A DNA stretch of 64,000 bases from a bacterium (GCA_044869275.1 JBIOXB010000034.1:1-64000); one strand, 5' to 3'. Counted from the stretch's first letter, positions 1-10,052 are shown. Program-made: numbers and translations. Notes: a model not told the origin generated them from the letters alone.

Positions 1-1316
1 TAAATTCTGTTAAGATTATTACTGCTGATGCTGTTCGGATTTTGGGGATCGTGAAAGAAATGGGTGAATTGACCAGTCTTCGCATCCAATCGATTAAGCC
101 CATTTTGGGTTCCCATCCAAAGCATACCGCTATCATCTTTAAAAAACCCGCGAACTCCATTACTGCTGAGACCATTAGGGTCATCAGCGTCGTGGACAAA
201 TTTGGTAAACTGTTCCCTGCCGCGATCATATTTGTTAATGCCTCCCACAAGAGTGCCTACCCACAGAATTCCGGAAGGATCTTCGTAAATTGAGAAGATG
301 TTATTATCACTTAGACTGTTAGGGTTTTTAGGGTCACTCACAAAACGGATAAATCGTACTTGCGTCCGATCGAATAAATTCAATCCATTCTGCGTTCCGA
401 TCCAGAGCCTGTCGGAGCGATCTTCACAGATTGCTCGCACAACGTTATCATCTAGGCTGTGAGGGTTTGCGGAGTCATGAAAGAAATGGGTAAATTGGCC
501 TGTTTTTCTATCAAATTTCTTGAGGCCAGCACCCTCTGTTCCAACCCAAAGCGTGCCAGAGTGATCTTCAAAAATAGCTCTTATCGGTCTGGCGCTGCGA
601 TCAAGAGGATTTTGGGGATCGTGCGCATAGTGAGTGAACTGCTGCTTCTCACGGTCAAACCTATTAAGCCAGCGACCGGTCCCCACCCAGAGCGTACCGG
701 CGCGATCTTCATAGATTGAAAGAACTGAATACTCGTGGAGGCTAGTGGGATCCTTGGGGTCGTAGACAAAACGGGTAAATTGTTCTTTTTCTCGATCAAA
801 CCTATTGAGGCCGTTCTGTGTTCCAATCCAAAGCGTGCCAGTGTGGTCTTCATAAATCACACAAACGCCAGCATCACTGAGACTGTTAGGGTTATTCGGA
901 TCGTGCACGAAACGGGTGAAGCGCTCGGTCTCCCGCTCAAAACGATTGAGACACGGAGCATTGGGATCGCCGGCCCAAAGTGTGCCGTTGTGATCCTCGT
1001 ACATTGCTCGGACGACATTTTCACCTAATGAAGTTGAATCAAGAATATCGTGCTGATAAACGGTAAAGCCGTAACCATCGTATTTACTCAGCCCTGCCTG
1101 TGTGCCAAACCACATGAAACCTTGGTGATCTTGCAGGATGCAATAGACCGAGCTTTGCGGGAGGCCGTGCTCCAGTCCGAGGCGCTCGAATTTGATCGGC
1201 CGGTTTTGGGCGAGGAGGGTTGGCGGCAAGCTCAGCATAGGCAAGAATACAAGGCTCAGCAGTTTGGGCCACAAAGCTCTGCCCTCGTGCAGCAATGCGG
1301 AGTTAGTTTTTTTCAT
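1..1316 (-). CDS. Two-component regulator propeller (Reg_prop) sensor protein, 3' end outside window
   Basis: Not in the ORF track. Manual translation from ATG 1316: MKKTNS...signal peptide...FERLGLEHGLPQSSVYCILQDHQGFMWFGTQAGLSKYDG. The same frame at the window edge reads FFHDPQNPNSISSNNL, a typical propeller repeat. Confidence 0.85.
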   Translation of the reverse strand, partial: MKKTNSALLHEGRALWPKLLSLVFLPMLSLPPTLLAQNRPIKFERLGLEHGLPQSSVYCILQDHQGFMWFGTQAGLSKYDGYGFTVYQHDILDSTSLGENVVRAMYEDHNGTLWAGDPNAPCLNRFERETERFTRFVHDPNNPNSLSDAGVCVIYEDHTGTLWIGTQNGLNRFDREKEQFTRFVYDPKDPTSLHEYSVLSIYEDRAGTLWVGTGRWLNRFDREKQQFTHYAHDPQNPLDRSARPIRAIFEDHSGTLWVGTEGAGLKKFDRKTGQFTHFFHDSANPHSLDDNVVRAICEDRSDRLWIGTQNGLNLFDRTQVRFIRFVSDPKNPNSLSDNNIFSIYEDPSGILWVGTLVGGINKYDRGREQFTKFVHDADDPNGLSSNGVRGFFKDDSGMLWMGTQNGLNRLDAKTGQFTHFFHDPQNPNSISSNNLNRI

Positions 1317-1434
1317 GATAGCATCTTGCTTGCTATTGAATTGAGCTTTATTGTATTTGAAAAATCGACCAAAGGAAGTCAATGGAGCTTGATGGGTACC
1401 TGACCGAATATCTTTAGCGAGAAAGAATCATCAA

Positions 1435-1680
1435 TTCAAGAATGAAGAGCAAGAACGTGAGTCCTGGGCCTACCATGACTCGACGGGATTCATGGATTGG
1501 AATGCAGGAGAATTTGTTTCTTTTCAAAAATTGAAACCCACGATGAAAACTATTTCATGACAGCTTCCCGAATTTGTCGTGGAGGAATTGCGCATGATTG
1601 CAAGAAAAAGAGATGTTTCCTACCAATCCCGCATCAAAATTTTCATAAAGGATCGAATTGATCAAGCGCGTAAGCAACTG
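1435..1680 (+). pseudogene. BrnA/CopG-like (RHH) antitoxin remnant with in-frame TGA
   Basis: FKNEEQERESWAYHDSTGFMDW...KLKPTMKTIS*QLPEFVVEELRMIARKRDVSYQSRIKIFIKDRI; stop at 1558-1560; no clear start and no toxin partner. Confidence 0.7.
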
Positions 1681-1733
1681 CCATGCCAGAATGGTTTTGC
1701 TTTTTCAGCATGGGGGTCTCAGGAACTCCGTTT

Positions 1734-3962
1734 TCATTTTTGCAACCCAACACTATTAAGCAACTCATTGAACCTGGCCTCGGCGTGCAGAGCATCGAGC
1801 CTCGGCTCTACCTTCAGAAACACCAACCAGCCGTTGTGTTCTTCATAAGCCTTTTCCAGCCAGGCAAGCGCTTGCTCGTTTTCACCCATGCCCGCGTAAA
1901 TGAGCGCCACGTCGTAAGCGGAAACATATTTTTGTTGGGCCCGTTCCAACAGCTCGTCGAGAATGCTTTGCGCGTCCTTGTTTCTTGCTGCTGTCGCATA
2001 AGCGTGACCCAACGTGCCCAGGCTGAGCGTGCGGCGGTGCGAAAGGGCAACGGCTTTTTCCATTTCAGCAATGGCTTGTTCGTGCATGCCCTTTTGCAAA
2101 TAAGCCTGGCCAAGCAAATCGTGTGCAAAGAGAAAATATTCGTCCATTTCCAGCGTTTTTTCCAGCGCCGCGACGGCCAAGTCGAACTGCCGGGCAAAAT
2201 AATATTGCCAGCCAATGCCGGCTTTCAAAACCAGGGAGAGCGGGTCAAGCTCCATCGCCTTCTTGATTTCCGCCTGGCATTTTTGAAATTGGCCGGTGGG
2301 CAGCAGATTCCACAGCGCATACCAGTAATGCGCCGCACCGCCATTCGGGTTCAGCTCGAGAGCGCGCAGGAATTCTTGCTCCGAGTCGCGCCAATGCCAG
2401 TCATGAATGGCACGAACACAGCCGAGTGAAGTGTGCGCTTCGGCTAGGGTATCATCTATGGTCAGAGCCTTTTCCGCGGCAGCTTTGGATTGCGGCATCG
2501 CTTCTTTGGGCGGCAGGAAGCCCTGAAACCCGAGCAGGGCGAAACCGTCGGCCAGGCCGGCATAGGCCAGAGCATACGCCGGATCCAGGGCAATGGCCTG
2601 CTCGCAATAGGCCACGCCTTTGCGCAATCCTTCTTCCGTGCGCCTATTGAGATGGAAACGCGCCTGCAGGTACAAGTTATAAGCGTCGGGGTTTTCCGTG
2701 TAGCGCTTGACCAGCCGGCTTTCCTGCTCGCCGGTCAGTTTCATTTTCAGCTTTTTGACAATCGCAGCGGCGATATCGTCCTGAATCGCGAATACGTCGT
2801 CCAGCTCGCGTTCGTATTTTTCCGACCAGAGCTGAAAGCCGTTGGCGACGTTAATGAGCTTGGCGGTGATGCGCAAGCGATTCCCGGCTTTGCGCACACT
2901 GCCCTCTAAGGCGTGGCTGACTTTGAGGCGCTCACCAATGTTGCGAATATCGAGGTCTTTGCCCTTAAACGCAAAGGCGGAAGTTCTGGAAACCACATGC
3001 AGGTTTTCAATCTTGGCAAAAACATTGATCAGCTCTTCTGCCATACCGTCGCAAAAGTATTCCTGATCTTTCTGCGGGCTCAAATCGGCAAATGGCAGCA
3101 CCACGATGGAGGCCGCGGTTGCCTTTGCTGTTGGCGCTGGAGTGGAGGCGAGGTTCTTCTGCAGGGACTGCAGCGCGGCCAGCATCTCCTCCATTTTTTG
3201 GTAGCGTTCCTCGCGATTCTTTACCAGAGCGCGATTCACGATTCGTTCAAAATCTACCGGTACGTCGGGGCGCAATGCTGTCACCGATTTCGGATCCAAA
3301 TTCACGATCGCATAATACAAAGCCTGCTCATACTCGCCTTGAAAGGGCAGACGGCCGGTGATCATTTCATAAAGCACAACGCCCAAAGCCCAAACGTCGG
3401 TACGCTGATCCGTTTCCAGGCCCTGCGCCTGTTCCGGTGACATGTAGGTGGCTGTGCCCAAAGTCGTGCCGGCTTTTGTCAAACTGCTCGTTTCCGACAT
3501 TTTGGCCAGGCCGAAATCCATGATTTTCGCCTGGCCTTTGGCGGTGAGCATGATGTTGGCCGGCTTGAGGTCGCGGTGAATGATTCCTCTTTCATGCGCT
3601 GCTTGCATGCCGGCCGCGACTTGGGCGGCGATGGCGATTGCCGTATCCAGTGCGAGCGGCCCCTCCTCGATCAATTTCTTCAGGCTTGGGCCGTCGATAA
3701 ACTCCATGACGATGAAAAGTTCGTCATCGACTTCATCAATCGTATGAATCGTGGCCAGGTTCGGATGATTCAGCGCAGCTGTGGCTCGGGCTTCGGTTAG
3801 GAAGCGCTCGCGCTCCGGTTCTTGGAGCGCGATGTCGGGCGACAAAAACTTGATCGCAACGCTGCGCTTGAGCCTGGTGTCCTGAGCTTTGTAAACGATG
3901 CCCATGCCGCCCTGGCCCAATTGCTCCAAAATCTTGTAATGCGAAATGGTTTTGCCCAGCAT
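1734..3962 (-). CDS. Ser/Thr protein kinase with TolB-like domain and TPR repeats
   Basis: GQGGMG, VAIK, HRDLKPAN, DFG, YMSPE motifs; SIVVLPFADLSPQKDQEYFCDG domain; C-terminal TPRs. Confidence 0.95.
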   Translation of the reverse strand: MLGKTISHYKILEQLGQGGMGIVYKAQDTRLKRSVAIKFLSPDIALQEPERERFLTEARATAALNHPNLATIHTIDEVDDELFIVMEFIDGPSLKKLIEEGPLALDTAIAIAAQVAAGMQAAHERGIIHRDLKPANIMLTAKGQAKIMDFGLAKMSETSSLTKAGTTLGTATYMSPEQAQGLETDQRTDVWALGVVLYEMITGRLPFQGEYEQALYYAIVNLDPKSVTALRPDVPVDFERIVNRALVKNREERYQKMEEMLAALQSLQKNLASTPAPTAKATAASIVVLPFADLSPQKDQEYFCDGMAEELINVFAKIENLHVVSRTSAFAFKGKDLDIRNIGERLKVSHALEGSVRKAGNRLRITAKLINVANGFQLWSEKYERELDDVFAIQDDIAAAIVKKLKMKLTGEQESRLVKRYTENPDAYNLYLQARFHLNRRTEEGLRKGVAYCEQAIALDPAYALAYAGLADGFALLGFQGFLPPKEAMPQSKAAAEKALTIDDTLAEAHTSLGCVRAIHDWHWRDSEQEFLRALELNPNGGAAHYWYALWNLLPTGQFQKCQAEIKKAMELDPLSLVLKAGIGWQYYFARQFDLAVAALEKTLEMDEYFLFAHDLLGQAYLQKGMHEQAIAEMEKAVALSHRRTLSLGTLGHAYATAARNKDAQSILDELLERAQQKYVSAYDVALIYAGMGENEQALAWLEKAYEEHNGWLVFLKVEPRLDALHAEARFNELLNSVGLQK

Positions 3963-3982
3963 AAAAAATTTCCTTAATTCCC

Positions 3983-4094
3983 TAACCCGGACAAGCCGGA
4001 AACGAAAAACTCAAAACACAAAGCCCAAAGGTGGTATTGAATTTTGAGCTTTGGATTTTGGATTTCTTTGCTCAAAAAGCACAGATTGCACTAG
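3983..4094. repeat. Small intergenic element, copy A (TAACCCGGACAAGCCGGAA end plus inverted heptamer-like repeats)
   Basis: 5' end resembles 19673-19697; internal CAAAACACAAAGCCCAAA / TTTGAGCTTTGGATTTTGGATTT arms. Confidence 0.55.
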
Positions 4095-4130
4095 TAATGG
4101 ACTATTCGCGCAATCCCTCCCGTTTAATGA

Positions 4131-4834
4131 TCATACTCTCTTCATCACCACCAGCGTGATGTCATCCGCTTGCGGCTCCGACCCCGCATGCTGCTTGACG
4201 GCCTGCAAGATGAGGTCAATCAACTCGCCCGCCGGGCGATTAAGATTTTGTCTCACCAAATCGATTAACCGTGCTTCGCCAAATTCTTCTTGGCAGCTAT
4301 TGGTGGCCTCGACCACGCCGTCGGAGTACATCACCACCGCGTCGGCGCTTTGCAGTGCAATAGTTTCTTCCCGGTACTCGAAGTGTTCATGAATGCCAAG
4401 TGGCAAGCCGCGGGTGGCGAGGGTGCGGTGCGTTTGATCACCAGAAAAAAGTGCCGGCGGATTGTGGCCGGCGTTGACATAGGCGAGCTGATGGTCACGG
4501 TGATTCAGAACGGCATAGAAAAAGGTGATGAAATTGCATCCCTCCGTGTTTTGGCGGAGGAGTTTGTTGGCGCGGGTTACACAAGTCGCGGCGGAGACCT
4601 GGGCCAGCGCTTGCCCACGAATGGTCGCTTGCAAGTTGGCCATCAATAGCGCCGGATGATCGTTTGCATGATTTCTTGCGAGTCAAATGAAGCGCCAATT
4701 TCGCAAGCAAGCTCGTTCAGGAGGGCGAGTTCTTCCACCGCGCGCTTGAGGCTTTGATTCTCTTGTTGCAGCACGGCGAGGTCTAAATCATCATGCGGCG
4801 TCTGTGAGGAAGCCACATGTTCGGGTTTCATCAT
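4131..4834 (-). pseudogene. GAF-SpoIIE (RsbU-like PP2C) phosphatase with internal deletion and frameshift
   Basis: N-terminal piece (LKRAVEELALLNELACEIGASFDSQEIMQTIIRR) joins out of frame near 4650 to PALLMANLQATIR...NAGHNPP...YSDG...DDIT. The GAF body and GDVSGKG motif are missing. Confidence 0.75.
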
Positions 4835-5058
4835 GGACAACCTCCGCCCTGTATTTGGTCCAATAAAAAGGATGGAGCAAAGAGTACTGCTTTTTTCAGA
4901 AAAGCGAAAGCTTTTTTGCAGAGGGCTTGCGGTGCAGGTATTACGCTTTTGAGAACCGGAACGGTTAAGAGGGGGAGGAAAACTCAGCAAGACAGCTCAC
5001 GGGAGCATGCCCGGGGCCAACAGGAGCGGAGGCTGGTACTCCGTCACCTTAAAAGCTT

Positions 5059-5176
5059 CAGACTGTGTGAAAATTTGAGAATGCCGCACCCTGAGCTTGT
5101 CGAAGGGTGCTAAGTTCAAGAATCCGGCTTCGACAAGCTCAGCCGGCGTTGAGACCAGGCGTTTTCACACAGTCTG
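5059..5176. mobile_element. MITE/REPIN-like element
   Basis: Perfect 15-bp terminal inverted repeat CAGACTGTGTGAAAA / TTTTCACACAGTCTG, CTT on both flanks, inner inverted pair CTGAGCTTGTCGAAG / CTTCGACAAGCTCAG. Confidence 0.8.
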
Positions 5177-5241
5177 CTTGCTCTTGAACGACATCCCCAA
5201 GCCGGGGCGCCAATTTGAGGCGGTCACGCCTGTGATCACAC

Positions 5242-6153
5242 TCAGAAGCTAATCACGCTGAACTGCAAATATTTCGAGGGATTCTTTTTGATGTCTTCGA
5301 GCAGGGCCTGCACTTCATCGACGGTCTTATTGGCTTTGTTATAAAGCTCTTCATCGTAGATCGCCTTGCCCAGCGCGCCCTGCTGCGTTTCCAGGGCATG
5401 CAGCAGATTGCGTGTCGAAGTCGCGGCGCTGTCCAGTTTGGCGATGGTGGCGGGCAGGCGCGCGGTGCTGGCGGCGATATTTTGTGAGGCGCTGTCGAAT
5501 GAGGCGTGGTGGTTTTGCCAAAAGCGGTTCACGCCTTTGGTCAAACTGTCGAGTTGGGCGATGGTATCCCTAAGATGGCGGGAGTTTTGCGCCATCAAAT
5601 CGTCCGTGCGGCGCGTGAGGCGCTCGACATTGCCCAGCGTTGCGGCGACGGCCTTTTGCTCCTGATGGCTGAACGCGGTGTCCAATGCCACGGTGAGCTT
5701 GGACATCAGCGTCGTCGCCTTGTCCATGAGCTCCGACAACGAGTCGCCGGCGTCGGCCAAATCCGTGACATAATCGCCCAGAATCACATCGCCTTCTTGT
5801 AAGGTTTCGACGGCACTGCCGGGCGAGAGTGCAATGTATTTCTCGCCGATCATGCCGATGCTGCGAATGGAAGCGTGTGTGTCGCGCGACAGCGGTACTT
5901 CCCCGTTCAACCACAATAGTACGGCCACACCCTCTCTTTCCAATTGCATTTTTCGAATGCGGCCGATTTTCAAGCCGGAGACCGTGACCGGATCGCCCAC
6001 TTCCAAGCCGGTGACATTGGCGAAATGCGCCTTCACCACGAACCCCTTCTCGCGCACCGGCACTTCGCGCAGAAAAACATAGCCATAAATGCCCAACCCG
6101 ATCGCAAGTAAAATCGCCGCGCCAACCAGGATCTCATTGCTCCAACGTCGCAT
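5242..6153 (-). CDS. mlaD: MCE/MlaD family protein
   Basis: N-terminal TM, FANVTGLEVGDPVTVSGLKIGRI, GMIGEKYIAL, helical tail; likely start ATG 6153. Confidence 0.9.
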   Translation of the reverse strand: MRRWSNEILVGAAILLAIGLGIYGYVFLREVPVREKGFVVKAHFANVTGLEVGDPVTVSGLKIGRIRKMQLEREGVAVLLWLNGEVPLSRDTHASIRSIGMIGEKYIALSPGSAVETLQEGDVILGDYVTDLADAGDSLSELMDKATTLMSKLTVALDTAFSHQEQKAVAATLGNVERLTRRTDDLMAQNSRHLRDTIAQLDSLTKGVNRFWQNHHASFDSASQNIAASTARLPATIAKLDSAATSTRNLLHALETQQGALGKAIYDEELYNKANKTVDEVQALLEDIKKNPSKYLQFSVISF

Positions 6154-6922
6154 GCTTCTTTGCTCCTGTATGATTGCTTCTCTGCAGCCACTCGTGCCCA
6201 CGCGCACTTTCCAAAAACTCCACCACTGCCGGCTCGTCAGTTTCAGCGAGTTCCTGGGGCGTGCCGAAAAAGCGAATCACCCCGCCTTCCAACATGGCAA
6301 CTTTGGCGGCAACGCGATAGACGCTGTGCATGTCGTGTGTGACCACGACCGAAGTGACACCGAGCTTTTGATTCAAATCGAAAATGAGCTGATTGATATT
6401 GTCCGCGCGCGGCGGATCGAGGCCGGTCGTGGGCTCGTCGTAGAGCAGCACCTGCGGCTTCGTGACCAGCGCACGCGCGATGGCCACCCGCTTTCTCATG
6501 CCGCCGCTGAGCTCCGCTGGAAATTTATGCTCGATGTCGCGCAGATCGACCATCTCCAAAGCTTCCTTGACCGCGCTGCGTATTTCGCGGTCTTTCATGC
6601 GCGTGTGCCGCTGCAAGCCCATGGCCATGTTCTCGCCAATGGTCATGGAATCGAACAGCGCCGAGCCTTGAAACACCATCGAGATTTTTTTGCGAATCTC
6701 CACGAGCACAGGATATGGCACTTTAGTGGTGTCGAGACCATCCACCAGCACCGCACCGGCGTCGGGCTTGAGCAAACCGATGACATGCTTGAGCAGAACG
6801 GATTTCCCGCATCCGCTACCGCCGATGATGGCAGTGGTCATGCCGTCTTCAATGCTTAGATTGACGTCGCGCAACACGAGGAGATTATCGAAACTCTTGC
6901 GTACGTGTCGAAATTCAATCAT
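6134..6922 (-). CDS. mlaF: ABC transporter ATP-binding protein, MlaF-like
   Basis: GGSGCGKS, LSGGMRKRVAIARA, LLYDEPTTGLDP; operon context. Confidence 0.93.
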   Translation of the reverse strand: MIEFRHVRKSFDNLLVLRDVNLSIEDGMTTAIIGGSGCGKSVLLKHVIGLLKPDAGAVLVDGLDTTKVPYPVLVEIRKKISMVFQGSALFDSMTIGENMAMGLQRHTRMKDREIRSAVKEALEMVDLRDIEHKFPAELSGGMRKRVAIARALVTKPQVLLYDEPTTGLDPPRADNINQLIFDLNQKLGVTSVVVTHDMHSVYRVAAKVAMLEGGVIRFFGTPQELAETDEPAVVEFLESARGHEWLQRSNHTGAKKHATLEQ

Positions 6923-6931
6923 ACCTTAGCG

Positions 6932-7732
6932 CTACACATTCAAGATCACCGTTGCCATGACGAAATCGAGCGTCAGAATCATCAAGCACGCACTGACTGC
7001 GGCTTTGGTCGCGGCTTCGCCCACGCCCTCGGCGCCCTGCTTGGCATTGAGGCCCTGGTAGCACGCGATCATGGAGATGGAAAACCCGAACAAGACCGCC
7101 TTAGAAATCGGCAGCGCGAAATCGCGCCAATTGACGTATTGCTTGGCGCCCTTGAAAAACTCGACGGTGGTGAGGTCGGTAATGGAAACCGCGGTGAGCC
7201 AGCCCGACACCATGCCAATGAACGCGGAGAAGATCACCAGCACGGGCAGCATCACCAATCCCGCAATGAGCCGCGGCACAACGAGATAGGCCACCGGGTT
7301 GAATGCCATCGATTCGAGTGCATCGATTTGTTCCGTCACCTTCATCGTGCCGATTTCTGCGGCGATGGCGGCGCCGACGCGGCCGGCCAATACCAGCGCG
7401 GTGATCGCCGAAGCCATTTCCTGCAGCACGGCTTTTTCCACCACCGTTCCCGCAATGTAAAGCGGTACCGTCGAAGTGAATTGCTTCACCGCTTGCAGCG
7501 CCATTACCATGCCTGCAAAAATGGAGATATAAGTGACCACGGGAACCGACTGAATGCCGATGCGCATCATCTGTTCGATCACCAACCTCGTCCACGTGCG
7601 CACGTCGGCGAAGGCGAGAAAGGTCCTGTAAACCAGCTTGCCGAAGCTGCCGGTGTGATACAAAAAGTGCAGCAAAAAATTGCCGAGGACTCTCGCCGGC
7701 GTCGCCAAGATGGAAAGAATTCTTTGGACCAT
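6932..7732 (-). CDS. mlaE: MlaE family ABC permease
   Basis: AGRVGAAIAAEIGTMKVTEQIDALESM, GAEGVGEAATKAAV; likely start ATG 7732. Confidence 0.93.
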   Translation of the reverse strand: MVQRILSILATPARVLGNFLLHFLYHTGSFGKLVYRTFLAFADVRTWTRLVIEQMMRIGIQSVPVVTYISIFAGMVMALQAVKQFTSTVPLYIAGTVVEKAVLQEMASAITALVLAGRVGAAIAAEIGTMKVTEQIDALESMAFNPVAYLVVPRLIAGLVMLPVLVIFSAFIGMVSGWLTAVSITDLTTVEFFKGAKQYVNWRDFALPISKAVLFGFSISMIACYQGLNAKQGAEGVGEAATKAAVSACLMILTLDFVMATVILNV

Positions 7733-7745
7733 GGGAGACGCGCTT

Positions 7746-8405
7746 TCAGTTTGAAATCTGGGGGTGGTTGGAAACGGAGCGAAAGCGCGGAATGCGCTGC
7801 GGCCGCGTGCGAAACACATAGTCCCACAACGGCGTGCTGACCCCATATCCCAAATCCGCGTCCTGATAGTGATGCAAGGCGTGATATTGCTTCAGCCATT
7901 GCCCGACGCGGCCGTGCATGGGCATGTGGTGGGTGGCGTAATGTATCATGTCATAGCACAAATAGCCGAAAATGAAACCCGCAAAGAACGGCGGCAGTTT
8001 TGCCGGGCCGACGAGCCACAAAAAGAAAAAATAGAACAGAAATGCCAGCGGAATGCTCACCACCGGCGCCATCACCAGGCGGGTGGAGTCGCGCGGATAA
8101 TCATGATGGACACCGTGAAAGACGAAATGCACCCATTTGCCGATTTGTGTCGTGGGCTGATAATGGAAAACGAATCGATGCAACGTGTATTCCGTGAAGG
8201 TCCACAGAAACACACCCGCCGCAAAGAGCCCTGCCGCGGCGAGAAAGCCAAGGTGGCGCGCCAAGAACGTTTGATAGAGAGAATAGATAATCACCGGCAA
8301 ATAAATGACCACCGGCGTGATGGGATGCATGTGCGTGAGCCGGTCCAGCCACGGGTGTTCAAACATGGCGACCGACTCGTCTTTGTTGGAAATGTAATTC
8401 GCCAA
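7746..8405 (-). CDS. Fatty acid hydroxylase / sterol desaturase family protein
   Basis: His boxes HRFVFH, HGVHH, HYATHH, HALHH; probable TTG start 8405 after AGGAGAGGAGG. Confidence 0.9.
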   Translation of the reverse strand: MANYISNKDESVAMFEHPWLDRLTHMHPITPVVIYLPVIIYSLYQTFLARHLGFLAAAGLFAAGVFLWTFTEYTLHRFVFHYQPTTQIGKWVHFVFHGVHHDYPRDSTRLVMAPVVSIPLAFLFYFFFLWLVGPAKLPPFFAGFIFGYLCYDMIHYATHHMPMHGRVGQWLKQYHALHHYQDADLGYGVSTPLWDYVFRTRPQRIPRFRSVSNHPQISN

Positions 8406-8455
8406 ACGACCTCCTCTCCTCGAACTTGCCATATGGGTCACGCCTGCACCATGCT

Positions 8456-8592
8456 TAGCAGGTTGCTGACAAACTCACAAATCACCCACGATTGTCATTC
8501 CCGCGAAAGCGGGAATCCATGATTTCATTGCATTTTCTGGATGCCCGCTTTCGCGGGAATGACATCAAAAAGTGTTTTTCAGCATCCTGTTG
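8456..8592. mobile_element. MITE/REPIN-like element
   Basis: Imperfect TIR CAGGTTGCTGACAAAC / GTTTTTCAGCATCCTG enclosing inverted palindromes GTCATTCCCGCGAAAGCGGGAATCCA (8494-8519) and TGGATGCCCGCTTTCGCGGGAATGAC (8538-8563). Confidence 0.8.
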
Positions 8593-8814
8593 GACGTGAC
8601 GGCTCAATCATACTGGATTCTAATGGACATTGTTGCGCTCATGCGATTACCGGACAAGAAATGCCCGTGCGCAACGCCTTTTATCTCACCATAATCGACA
8701 TTTTTTTTGTGCCATTCAAGTAAAAATTGGACAGTTCATTCTGTAAACACGCAGAGGTGATCAAAAATTCCACGCCCCCTCGCGAAAAAAATCCTCTACA
8801 TTTCTCTTTCACCT

Positions 8815-9342
8815 TTACCCCTCTTCTGGCACCTCCAGCAGATAATTGCCTATCACATGGGTCGCTCTGTCCCAGTCCTCATGGGGCGATGCCCAACTGC
8901 GATCTTGCGCACGGCGGAGATAAATGATCTGCGCGAGATGATAAAGATAGTGCTGCGCCATGTGCAAAACCGCGACGCCGAGTTTTTCTTTGTCCTTGCC
9001 GTCGAGGGAAGTGCGCTCGACGTGCAAATCTTCATCTTGCACGCAAGCGGAAACCACTTCTTTGATTTGTTGTTGGAGGCGCCGCATGTCGGCCTCGATT
9101 TCTTTGCCGGTGAGCGGTTTGGCGTCGCCTGCCACCGGAGGAACGCCTAACCGCTTTAGATACCAGGCATCCACACGGATGAGATGCCGGCAAATGTCGC
9201 CAATACTGCGCGATTCCGGCGCGGGCTTCCAATTGAGCTGCGCCTCGGGAATTCCGTCCAACACGCCAAAGAGCGGCTTGGCGCTGCTCGCGAGAACGTT
9301 GAAGGTCAAATTGATTTTTGAACAATTCCTCGCTTCACTCAT
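8815..9342 (-). CDS. DinB family protein
   Basis: LNWKPAPESRSIGDICRHL...LHMAQHYLYHLAQI His pattern; ATG overlaps the upstream stop. Confidence 0.85.
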   Translation of the reverse strand: MSEARNCSKINLTFNVLASSAKPLFGVLDGIPEAQLNWKPAPESRSIGDICRHLIRVDAWYLKRLGVPPVAGDAKPLTGKEIEADMRRLQQQIKEVVSACVQDEDLHVERTSLDGKDKEKLGVAVLHMAQHYLYHLAQIIYLRRAQDRSWASPHEDWDRATHVIGNYLLEVPEEG

Positions 9343-9683
9343 GATGCACGATTCCTGAATAATTCTATCCCGTTTTTTTTGATTTCCCAAACTAAGGCAT
9401 TCTCAGCGACGAATTCTTTGGGATGAAAGCCTACGGGTTCAATTCCCCGCCGGACATCTTTGTCGCGACGCATGGTCCACAAATATTCGTAAGCATCGAG
9501 GCGCTTGCCAAACTTTCGAGAAATGACACAGACATCGATATCACTCTGCCGGTGCGAGCGGCCTTTGGCGAACGAACCGAACAGATAGGCCCGTTCAATC
9601 GGCAAACCGGCTTGCTGCAAAACCTCAAGATATTCTTGGATGTATACTTTTATTTTCTTGAGCGAAGTTCCTTGCGTAGCCAT
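9339..9683 (-). CDS. Minimal nucleotidyltransferase (MNT) antitoxin
   Basis: LFGSFAKGRSHRQSDIDV (GS-x10-DxD). Confidence 0.9.
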   Translation of the reverse strand: MATQGTSLKKIKVYIQEYLEVLQQAGLPIERAYLFGSFAKGRSHRQSDIDVCVISRKFGKRLDAYEYLWTMRRDKDVRRGIEPVGFHPKEFVAENALVWEIKKNGIELFRNRAS

Positions 9684-10048
9684 TGATAAAACTCCTCGGC
9701 AATTTTGATGTATCGCGTGGCGTAAACGCGATTCGCTTTTTGATAAAAGGTTCGTCGGAAGTCATCATACCGTGCGCGAATATTGAAAGTCGATATAACA
9801 TCCAAATCTTTACGCTGATTATCTGTAAGCGTCAATAAAGCTTGTTCCGCCAATCGGCGCAGATCATGCATATGTGGGGCGTGCTCATGAGTACGCTTTA
9901 TAACCAGTGCTTTGAGCGCTTTTTCCAAAGCAAGATGGCAAAAAAATAAGGCGTAGCCATAATGCTGCGATTTAAATAAGCTCTGTACCACTTCCCAATC
10001 ATCTCTTGCGCTTTTCAAGAGCGCGCGCATGGTTTTCTGATTCCTCAT
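9650..10048 (-). CDS. HEPN domain protein
   Basis: ALFFCHLALEKALKAL, HDLRRLA, IRARY; paired with the MNT gene. Confidence 0.9.
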   Translation of the reverse strand: MRNQKTMRALLKSARDDWEVVQSLFKSQHYGYALFFCHLALEKALKALVIKRTHEHAPHMHDLRRLAEQALLTLTDNQRKDLDVISTFNIRARYDDFRRTFYQKANRVYATRYIKIAEEFYQWLRKELRSRK

Positions 10049-10052
10049 AGAA

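Noticed and set aside
42..1403. Several + strand ORFs
   Set aside because: Antisense shadows of the minus-strand propeller gene.
1558..1560. TGA recoding (Sec or alternative code) in the antitoxin
   Set aside because: The position corresponds to a hydrophobic residue in this family, many genes here end in TGA, and the gene lacks a clear start.
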